IMG/VR virus record: IMGVR_UViG_3300048587_001148
Length of the DNA: 64,000 bases
Source: an uncultured virus (IMG/VR IMGVR_UViG_3300048587_001148)
Taxonomy: Duplodnaviria; Heunggongvirae; Uroviricota; Caudoviricetes
Strand: one strand, 5' to 3'
Part shown: positions 9,640 to 16,704 of the stretch, piece after piece
Layout: each line of letters begins with the position of its first letter
How positions within the stretch are numbered: position 1 is the stretch's first letter
Program-made: the position numbers and the translations under genes
Notes under the pieces: model-generated
Seen by the model: the letters and a program-made list of their open reading frames with translations, nothing else
What the model was told of the DNA's origin: nothing
Databases searched by the model: none

Positions 9640-10443
9640 CTAGTAGCGTCCCTGGCCTCCCTGGCGTGTGGCACCCTGGGTGGTGACCGTTAGACCGGCC
9701 GCAGCGAGGGCGGGGTGTTCATGTCCGAGCCAGAACGCGGCGATGCGTGCGCGGTCCGCATGGGATCGCAGGCCGTGCCAGCGCGTGATGAGGTCTGCTT
9801 CGAGCATGGTGCTGGAATCGGCGTATATCCAGCCCACCTGAGTGCGGGTGGGTGTAAAGGCGTCGAGGATGAGTTGCGAACTGGTACCATCCGCGAATCC
9901 GTTCCCGCCTGTGGTGTGGAGTCGCCCGGCACTGCTGTCGGATCCCACGGAGACGGAGGTATGTGCTAACTCCTGATCTCCTTGGACGAGGTCCCAGTCG
10001 ATGGTCGGGCTATCGCGGTAGCTGTAGTGGATCCACGTCTCGCCCGTCCCTCCCTGGAAGATGAGGAGTTCGGGTCTACCATGATTGTCGATCGTCAGGC
10101 CTTGCAGGTGACCGTCGGCCGCCGGATGGGACCGTGGAGCTCCCCACTCGCTGCGGGGTGGTCCAGCCCAGTAGAATCGAGGGTTCCTGTTGCGGCGTGG
10201 GAACACGGACCATGCCTGGGGCGGATTGCTGGCGTTGACCACTGCACAAGTAGTCTCGAGGGCTTTCAGCGCGGCGTCCTCACTGTCCCACGCGGGGTGG
10301 TGGTACGCCGGTGGGAGCGGGAAGGGTCGGCCTGGGGTCGTGATGAGCCAGCGTCGTGCCCATGCGGGGAGCTCGGGGTAGAGCCGACGCAAGCTGGCGC
10401 GCAGGAGCGGGTCTTCGACGAGGGCTACCCTGATTTCGTACAT
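9640..10443 (-). CDS. Array paralog 12 (class A1), 267 aa
   Basis: LVEDPLLRASLRRLYPELPAWARRW; FADGT; FWLGHEHPALAAAGL. Confidence 0.9.
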   Translation of the reverse strand: MYEIRVALVEDPLLRASLRRLYPELPAWARRWLITTPGRPFPLPPAYHHPAWDSEDAALKALETTCAVVNASNPPQAWSVFPRRNRNPRFYWAGPPRSEWGAPRSHPAADGHLQGLTIDNHGRPELLIFQGGTGETWIHYSYRDSPTIDWDLVQGDQELAHTSVSVGSDSSAGRLHTTGGNGFADGTSSQLILDAFTPTRTQVGWIYADSSTMLEADLITRWHGLRSHADRARIAAFWLGHEHPALAAAGLTVTTQGATRQGGQGRY

Positions 10444-10448
10444 GTCCC

Positions 10449-10454
10449 ATCATA
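10449..10454 (-). promoter_or_regulatory. Putative -10 box TATGAT, 5 nt before ATG of paralog 12
   Basis: Minus strand CGAGTATGATgggacATG. Confidence 0.55.
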
Positions 10455-10526
10455 CTCGTCGTGGGGGCCAGACCATACAGGCTGTGCTGGCGTTGGTCGG
10501 GCGCGCCGCATCGCGAAAGTACCGCA

Positions 10527-10574
10527 GTGCGTTGGTGCGTTGGTGCGTTGGTGCGTTGGTGCGTTAGTGCGTTG
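10527..10574. repeat. Tandem 8-mer GTGCGTTG x6 (fifth unit GTGCGTTA)
   Basis: Read directly; the variant unit supplies the TAA stop of paralog 13. Confidence 0.95.
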
Positions 10575-11418
10575 GTGTGGGGTGCGCGCTTTCGCGAAGC
10601 AGCGCGTTGTCGGTGGCAATCGCAAGGCCGGCGAGTGCGAGGGCGGGATGGGGGTGGCCGAGCCAGAACTGCGCAATGCGCTGCCGCGCGTCATTGGAGG
10701 AGAGCGCGTGCCAGCGTTGGAGGAGTGCGCGGGCGCCGGCCTGATAGTCGGTGGAGGTGATGCTCGCGCGCATCTGCTGTTCGGCCAGCGGGCATCCGTT
10801 GGTGAGCGCGAGGACCCCTGGGCTGCCGTCGGCGAATGGCACCCCCAAGATGCCGTGTTCCGCGAGGCCTTCCTTCGATTGGATAACCAGGCGGCGCTCC
10901 GCGATGCGGCCATCGAGCCCGATGTGTCCATGGAGTGTTATGGGTCCGCGGTAGTGCGCCCAACGCAGTGGGGCGTGTGCGGCGATGGTCGCGAGCGTGC
11001 TGCCGCGGGCTTCGCGCCAGGTGGCCTCGAAGACGTGGGGTCCGAGGCCTGAGCCCCTGGGGCCATCGGGGTCGAATGTGCGGATGGTGATGATGCGTCC
11101 GACGGCCTTGGGATGCCTGGTGCGGTGTTTGAACGCGCTCCCGTCCGGTCCAATCCAGGTGATGTGTCCGTTCTGGTGGAGCTGCCACGGTTGTCGCGGT
11201 GCAGTGGCGTTGATGGCCTCGCAGGTCTCGCGCATTTCGGCCAGGAGATTGGCGGTGATGGTGCGCTCGCCTTCCGGCGTGTCGTCAGGGGGGAGGAGCG
11301 CCTGCTCGGGTGGGGCGATAAGCCAGGCGCGAGCCCATGGGGGGCACTCGGGATACAGCTGCCGCAGAGCCGCTCGCAGGTCCGGATCGGTCACGAGGGG
11401 GACGGTGGTGATCGCCAC
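10564..11418 (-). CDS. Array paralog 13 (class A2), 284 aa
   Basis: GTG start at 11418 with GGAG upstream (VAITTVPLVTDPDLRAALRQLYPECPPWARAW); FADGS; FWLGHPHPALALAGL. Confidence 0.88.
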   Translation of the reverse strand: MAITTVPLVTDPDLRAALRQLYPECPPWARAWLIAPPEQALLPPDDTPEGERTITANLLAEMRETCEAINATAPRQPWQLHQNGHITWIGPDGSAFKHRTRHPKAVGRIITIRTFDPDGPRGSGLGPHVFEATWREARGSTLATIAAHAPLRWAHYRGPITLHGHIGLDGRIAERRLVIQSKEGLAEHGILGVPFADGSPGVLALTNGCPLAEQQMRASITSTDYQAGARALLQRWHALSSNDARQRIAQFWLGHPHPALALAGLAIATDNALLRESAHPTPTH

Positions 11419-11565
11419 GTTAGCGGGCTCCGGGTGTGTGGATCGCCGCGGTGTCCCGTGTGAAGTGCAAATCACACGTACAGTACATGTCCCACCTGGG
11501 GGTACACGCTGGTACTGTCCCTCATGCTGCAGCCTCCCTCATGCTGTAGTCGCACGTGGTCGGAT

Positions 11566-12537
11566 TTATCCGCCACGGACTTGCTCGGTGAAGAGGGCCA
11601 GACCCGCGGTTGCAAGCGTGGGGTGGGGATGGCCGAGCCAGAAGTCGGCGATGCGTCGACGATCACCGTCATCCTGCAGCGCGCGCCAGCGTGTCAGCAG
11701 GCGTTGGACATGGATGGGGTTCCCCTGCGGGTGGCTGAGGGGTTGGAAGTACGGCTGGATGCCCTGCGGCACGGTGCGGGTCTGGGGGTCGGTCTGTGGG
11801 TTTGTCTGAGGTGCGGTATGTGCGGCCGGCGCGTGGGGTGTTTGGTGGCTGGTGATCTGGTGGCTGGTGATCGCTTCAATCGGCGAATGGTCAGCCGGGA
11901 TGCGATCGCCGAGGAGAAAGGTGGGGCTGCCGTCGGCTAGGACTTCCGGGAGCTCCATGCGTCCGATGTGGACGCTGCTGGTGTCGTCGTCGTCGTAGTT
12001 GACATCCAGGAAGAGGCCTGTCCGGTCTTCGAAGCGGATGTTGATGGCGCCATCCTTGTGCTCGACCTCGAGGAGTCCTCCGTGGCGGACAACAGTGGCG
12101 CGGACGGCGCCGAGCTCATCGGGATCGTAGTGGTCGATGGGGCGATCGTAGAGGTACGAGGTGACGGCGTCCGCGGGGAGCTCTTGGAGGATTTCGGCGC
12201 GGTCCGTGTCGTCGAAGTATCTGGTGTCGCACACAAGGGTCCGTTCGACGCTGGTGCGGCGGGTGGTCCGGAAGGGGGGTGAGGCTTTCCACTGCATCTC
12301 GGGGTAGGCCTCGCGCAGGTCTTTCAGTTGGGCCTTGAAGGAGGCTTCTTGGGCGGCGGTGTCGGTGAAGATGGGCAGGGTGTAGTCGGCCAGCTCCGGC
12401 AGGGGCGCCCCAGGCTCGGCGATGAGCCAGGCTTGGATGATGGCGGGGTACTCCGGATAGAGTCGGCGCAGGGCGGCACGCAGTTCGGGGTGGCGGACCA
12501 GGGGGATGATGGGTTCGCCATCGGGACGGGGGTTCAT
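11566..12537 (-). CDS. Array paralog 14 (class B1), 323 aa
   Basis: ATG 12537 in ATGA overlap with paralog 15; LVRHPELRAALRRLYPEYPAIIQAW; LADGS; FWLGHPHPTLATAGL. Confidence 0.88.
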   Translation of the reverse strand: MNPRPDGEPIIPLVRHPELRAALRRLYPEYPAIIQAWLIAEPGAPLPELADYTLPIFTDTAAQEASFKAQLKDLREAYPEMQWKASPPFRTTRRTSVERTLVCDTRYFDDTDRAEILQELPADAVTSYLYDRPIDHYDPDELGAVRATVVRHGGLLEVEHKDGAINIRFEDRTGLFLDVNYDDDDTSSVHIGRMELPEVLADGSPTFLLGDRIPADHSPIEAITSHQITSHQTPHAPAAHTAPQTNPQTDPQTRTVPQGIQPYFQPLSHPQGNPIHVQRLLTRWRALQDDGDRRRIADFWLGHPHPTLATAGLALFTEQVRGG

Positions 12538-13541
12538 GCCTGGGTCTCTCCTGTCGGGTCTGGGGCTGCCTGAAGCCCGAGGAGTGCCAGGCCGGCCGCG
12601 GCGAGTACGGGATGTGGGTGGCCGAGCCAGAAGGCGGCGATACGCTCGCGGTCGGCGGGATCGGTGAGGGCCTGCCAGCGTCGGACGAGGGCCTGACACT
12701 GGGCATTCCGGATGTTGGTTGCGGGCTCGTCCTGGGTATCGCGCTGGTGCAGCGAGGGGACGGAGCCTTTGCGCGTGGGAGTGCAGGTGAGTTCGGCGGG
12801 GCTGCCGTCGGCCAGGATTTCCCCGTGGTCAATCCCTTGGCGGTCGACCAGTGCTTGGAGGGCGCCGGGTCGTGTCGCGAGTTCGTCCATCTCATCGGGG
12901 GGGGTGGCGCTGACGAGGATGCGCGCCGCATGGAGTTTTCGGTTGAGGTTGTGGCCGAGGTAGTTGCTGAAGGGCATGCCGAAGGGGATATCGAGGCTGA
13001 GGCCCCGGCCGAAGTAGCGCATCCCATGGGCGCCCCGTCCCCCGGTGATGACCTGTCCCCCCTGGGCGATGCGGGTCATCATTAGGGGGGTGTCACCGGA
13101 GTGGTTGACCATGTAACCAATGAGGGCGCCCTCTTCGAGGGTCTCGCGCGCGAGTTCTTGGGCGCGGGTGTACGGCCGGGGATTGTTCTCACCGTAGTTG
13201 GTGTCCGTGTATTGGGCGGCGGCTTCTTGCTCGGTCCCGTGGCAGATCAGCTCGCGCGACACGCGGCTCTTGGTGGCGTGGGGGATGGTGAGGTCATTGC
13301 TGATGGCCCATTGGAGCCAGGGGCACTCTTCCCGCATGCGCTGCAGGCTGCGCTGCAGCTGGGCCTCGACCTCTGGGGCCTTGCCTTTCTTCATGAGGCT
13401 GCGATCGACGAGTTTGGGCAGCGGGACGTCAGGCTCAACGATGAGGTGTGCCTGGAGGATCGGCGGGTACTCGGGGTAGAGCCGACGCAGGCGCGCGCGC
13501 AGCTCGGCGTCCGCCACGAGTGGGATCTGCCGATTAGCCAT
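12534..13541 (-). CDS. Array paralog 15 (class B2), 335 aa
   Basis: ATG 13541 (MANRQIPLVADAELRARLRRLYPEY...DRSLMKKG), 8-nt overlap with paralog 16; LADGS; FWLGHPHPVLAAAGL. Confidence 0.9.
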   Translation of the reverse strand: MANRQIPLVADAELRARLRRLYPEYPPILQAHLIVEPDVPLPKLVDRSLMKKGKAPEVEAQLQRSLQRMREECPWLQWAISNDLTIPHATKSRVSRELICHGTEQEAAAQYTDTNYGENNPRPYTRAQELARETLEEGALIGYMVNHSGDTPLMMTRIAQGGQVITGGRGAHGMRYFGRGLSLDIPFGMPFSNYLGHNLNRKLHAARILVSATPPDEMDELATRPGALQALVDRQGIDHGEILADGSPAELTCTPTRKGSVPSLHQRDTQDEPATNIRNAQCQALVRRWQALTDPADRERIAAFWLGHPHPVLAAAGLALLGLQAAPDPTGETQA

Positions 13542-14391
13542 GGGGCTGCTCGATGGCTGTCGAGAGGAGCATGGGCGACATGGTGGTGATGGCCAGGCCG
13601 GCTGCCGCCAGGGCGGGATGTGGGTGCCCCAACCAGAATTCGGTGACGATCGCCTTGTCGTTGCGGGAGGGGAGTGCATGCCAGCGTCGGAGGAGTTCAC
13701 GCGCGGTGTCGTTGTGGACCTCTGGTCCGCCCCCTGCCCAGACGCGTTGTTCGGGGGTGGGCTTGCCCTTGCTGAGCGTCAGTGTGCTCGCGGTACCATC
13801 GGCTCGCGCGGCCCCGCTGGGGTGATCGAGAATATCATCGGCTTCTGCGTCGGGATGGAGGATGCGTTCGGCCTCCAGGCCGTTGCGGTCCACATGGCCG
13901 TTCATGATGAGCTTGCCGTAGTGAATGCGCCAATGCAGCGCTTCCGTGGCCGGCGGTCGGGTGACGAGACGTCCATGTTTATCGCACAGGGTGACCTCGA
14001 AGGTGTCGCTACCGAGGCCATCGACCGGTTTCGGGCCGTCGTGGTGGAAGGTTTTGATGTTGATGATGCGGCCGACCGCCTTGGCATGTCGTGCGCGGTG
14101 TGTCGGCTGACTGTTCGCGGGTCCAATCCATGCGACATGGTGGAGTTGTTGGAGGGACCACGGCTTCGTGGGGTTGGTCGCGTTGATCGCCGCACAGGTG
14201 TCCTCGAGCTCCGCCAGGAGGGTGGCGGTCTTGGTGCGGGCGCCTTCTGGTGTGCCTGGGGGTGTCGGGAGTGTCTTGTTGGGGGCAACAATGAGCCATT
14301 CGCGGGCCCACGCCGGGACTTCAGGGTACAGGAGTCGCAGGGCAGTGCGGATCTGGCGATTGGTCACGAGGGGGACGTGGACGTAGGACAT
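13534..14391 (-). CDS. Array paralog 16 (class A2), 285 aa
   Basis: LVTNRQIRTALRLLYPEVPAWAREW; RADGT; FWLGHPHPALAAAGL. Confidence 0.9.
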   Translation of the reverse strand: MSYVHVPLVTNRQIRTALRLLYPEVPAWAREWLIVAPNKTLPTPPGTPEGARTKTATLLAELEDTCAAINATNPTKPWSLQQLHHVAWIGPANSQPTHRARHAKAVGRIINIKTFHHDGPKPVDGLGSDTFEVTLCDKHGRLVTRPPATEALHWRIHYGKLIMNGHVDRNGLEAERILHPDAEADDILDHPSGAARADGTASTLTLSKGKPTPEQRVWAGGGPEVHNDTARELLRRWHALPSRNDKAIVTEFWLGHPHPALAAAGLAITTMSPMLLSTAIEQPHG

Positions 14392-14418
14392 ATGCGGGTT
14401 TCCGGGTTGATGTAAGTC

Positions 14419-14477
14419 GCTGTGATCTGCACTGCTGTGATCTGCACTGCTGTGATCTGCACTGCTGTGATCTGCAC
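14419..14477. repeat. Tandem 15-mer GCTGTGATCTGCACT x4, intergenic
   Basis: Read directly, between paralogs 16 and 17. Confidence 0.95.
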
Positions 14478-14501
14478 CGCAGGGATCGCGGCGTCGTGGT
14501 G

Positions 14502-15500
14502 TTACGGCGGTGACGTGCCCTGGCCCAGGAGTTCCATCCCGACGGCGGCCAGAAGCGGATGGTGGTGTCCGAGCCAGAAGCCACGGATCCGTTCGCGGTC
14601 GACGGGATCGGAGAGGGCCTTCCAGCGCCGGATCAGAGCATCGCGCTGCGCGGCTTGGATATTTCGCGGTGGCTCCCAGTCGCCGTGGTGCTGGTTCGGT
14701 GACGGGACGACGCCGGCGCGGGTGGGCGTACCGTCCAGCTCTTCGGGGGTGCCGTCCGCGAGGGTTTCGCCGTAGCTCACGGGGCGGTCGTTTCCGTAGG
14801 GATCGGTGGTGAGGTGTCGTTCAGGGACTTCGTACTCACCGGGGCTGAGGGTGCTGGCTGCCTCGATGTCGACGTGATTGAGGCTGCGTCGTGGGAGGTT
14901 GTCGGGGGCTGTTTCGAACGGTTGGCCTTGGGGGGTATAGAGCTCGAGCCCGGGGGCGTAGAAGTTCATTCCGAGTGCGTTGCGTCCTGCCGTGACGACC
15001 TGGCCACCGAAGCCGATGCGACTGATGCTCATGGGGGTGTTGCCCTTGGCGGCGCGCATCGAGCCGATGACGGCGCCTTCCGGGAGTGTTTGCAGTGCCG
15101 CCGCCTGCTTGGGGGTATAGGGGGTCTCGCTGTCGCCCCCGAGGACGGAGTGTTCCCAGGGCTCATTGCTCCAGCGGAGGCCGGCTCCGGTGGTGTGGCG
15201 TCCCGTCGGGTCGCAGGTTAGGTATCGGAGGACCCGGTCGTGGTAGCCGCGACCGGAGGCGGCCACCCAGTGCATGTCGGGATACTTCGCCTGGAGGTAC
15301 TGCAGGCTCTGTTGGAGGGCCGCTTCCACCTGTGGGGTCATGCCCTTTTTCATGAGGCTGCGATCGCCGAGTCTGGGCAGGGGCGCCCCAGGCTCGGCAA
15401 TGAGCCAGGCTTGGACAGCGGGCTGGTACTCCGGGTAGAGCCGGCGGAGGCTGTTACGCAGATCGGCGTCCTCAACGAGGGGGATCTGCAGATTAGCCAT
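14502..15500 (-). CDS. Array paralog 17 (class B2), 332 aa
   Basis: LVEDADLRNSLRRLYPEY...DRSLMKKG; LADGT; FWLGHHHPLLAAVGM. Confidence 0.9.
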   Translation of the reverse strand: MANLQIPLVEDADLRNSLRRLYPEYQPAVQAWLIAEPGAPLPRLGDRSLMKKGMTPQVEAALQQSLQYLQAKYPDMHWVAASGRGYHDRVLRYLTCDPTGRHTTGAGLRWSNEPWEHSVLGGDSETPYTPKQAAALQTLPEGAVIGSMRAAKGNTPMSISRIGFGGQVVTAGRNALGMNFYAPGLELYTPQGQPFETAPDNLPRRSLNHVDIEAASTLSPGEYEVPERHLTTDPYGNDRPVSYGETLADGTPEELDGTPTRAGVVPSPNQHHGDWEPPRNIQAAQRDALIRRWKALSDPVDRERIRGFWLGHHHPLLAAVGMELLGQGTSPP

Positions 15501-15502
15501 GT

Positions 15503-15538
15503 TGCTGCTCGGTGTTGCCGTGCTGCTCGGTGTTGCCG
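15503..15538. repeat. Tandem 18-mer TGCTGCTCGGTGTTGCCG x2
   Basis: Read directly, immediately upstream of the paralog 17 start. Confidence 0.9.
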
Positions 15539-15572
15539 TGGTGGTCGGTGGGGCATATGGCGTGGTGATGTG

Positions 15573-16604
15573 TCATGCCGGGTGTACTCCAGTTTGGTGC
15601 TCCTCGAGGTGATGTCCGAGCAGTGCCATGCCGGCCGCGGCGAGGACCGGATGGGGGTGTCCGAGCCAGAACGCGGCGATGTGGCGACGATCCTCCGGGG
15701 ATGTGAGGGTGCTCCAGCGTCGGAGCAGGGCATCACGCTGTGCGGCGTGGATCTTTCGTGAGGGTGTGTTGCTGTAGTCGATGTGCTGGAGCGCCGGTAC
15801 CGACCACGCGCCGGCGCCGGTGCGGACGGTTTCACAGTCGAGCTCGCGCGGGGTGCCATCCGCCAGCACTTCGCCGTACGTGTAGTCCATCGACGGCCCG
15901 GGATACATGGTGTCTGCCTGCTCTGGGCGCGGTGGCTCGACGATGTGGTGGTGGGTCGCGGCGGCTCGCTGGATGGCGGCGACATTGAGGGTGCGGGTCG
16001 TGCTGGTGCCGGTCATCTCTTCGAGGGGCGGCCCTTCGGGCGCGGAGAGTTCCAGGCCGTAGGCGGCGTAGCGCATGCCGACGGGGCTACGTCCGGCGGC
16101 CTGGACGATGCCCCCGTGGCCGATCCGCGAGATGATGATCGGCGTCTGGCCGCTCGCGGAGGCCGTGTAGCCGATGATCGCCCCTTCGGGCAGGGTGTGG
16201 AGCGCCTCAGCCTGGGTGATGGTGTAGTCGTCGCTGTAGGCGTCGGAGCGTTCACTGATCGGGGTATAGCTCGGCTCGGTGGTGGGATCACTGGCCGGGT
16301 CGCTGGGGATATCGCAGGCCAGGTCGCGAAACAGGCGCTCGTTGTAGCCCCGACGCTCGTGCACGGTCCAGTGCATGTCGGGGTGCTGAGCCTGCATGCG
16401 CTGCAGGCTCTCCTGGAGACCGGCCTCGATTTCGGGGACTTTGCCCTTTTTCATGAGACGGCGGTCGGCCAGTGATGGCAGGGGCGCCCAGGGCTCAGCG
16501 ATCAGCCAGGCCTGGATGATGGGCTGATACTCGGGGTACAGCCGGCGCAGGCTCTCCCGGAGGATGGGATCCTCCACGAGGGGGTAGGAGGGATACTGTC
16601 TCAC
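15573..16604 (-). CDS. Array paralog 18 (class B2), about 343 aa
   Basis: Probable GTG start at 16604 (VRQYPSYPLVEDPILRESLRRLYPEY...DRRLMKKG), start uncertain; LADGT; FWLGHPHPVLAAAGM. Confidence 0.85.
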   Translation of the reverse strand: MRQYPSYPLVEDPILRESLRRLYPEYQPIIQAWLIAEPWAPLPSLADRRLMKKGKVPEIEAGLQESLQRMQAQHPDMHWTVHERRGYNERLFRDLACDIPSDPASDPTTEPSYTPISERSDAYSDDYTITQAEALHTLPEGAIIGYTASASGQTPIIISRIGHGGIVQAAGRSPVGMRYAAYGLELSAPEGPPLEEMTGTSTTRTLNVAAIQRAAATHHHIVEPPRPEQADTMYPGPSMDYTYGEVLADGTPRELDCETVRTGAGAWSVPALQHIDYSNTPSRKIHAAQRDALLRRWSTLTSPEDRRHIAAFWLGHPHPVLAAAGMALLGHHLEEHQTGVHPA

Positions 16605-16634
16605 GCGAGCCCGTTGCCGGCTGCATGTGTCCCC

Positions 16635-16699
16635 ACTGCCCGGTTCACGACTGCCCGGTTCACGACTGCCCGGTTCACGACTGCCCGGTTCACGACTGC
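16635..16699. repeat. Tandem 15-mer ACTGCCCGGTTCACG x4.3
   Basis: Read directly, between the 808-aa gene and paralog 18. Confidence 0.95.
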
Positions 16700-16704
16700 T
16701 GGCG

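Noticed and set aside
11472..11550. Possible relic gene start (GGGACATGTAC, like paralog 12) between paralogs 13 and 14
   Set aside because: Only about 11 nt match, it is followed by a stop within a few codons, and there is no LVxDP motif.
1..16604. CRISPR array or nucleotide repeat-spacer structure
   Set aside because: The recurring DNA (e.g. GAGCCAGAA) is codon-degenerate coding sequence of the conserved motifs about 0.9 kb apart. No cas genes are present.
1..16604. Diversity-generating retroelement, shufflon or integron cassette array
   Set aside because: No reverse transcriptase, recombinase or integrase in the window, and no TR/VR pair seen. All genes share one orientation, and many overlap, leaving no room for attC or sfx sites. 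A trans-acting enzyme outside the window cannot be excluded.
1..16604. Intein-like architecture (conserved ends, variable insert)
   Set aside because: No N-terminal Cys/Ser block A, TxxH block B or terminal HN motif, and no host exteins.
14419..16699. 15-mer tandem repeats as iterons or mini-CRISPR
   Set aside because: They have no spacers, the units are unrelated to each other, and no rep gene is adjacent.
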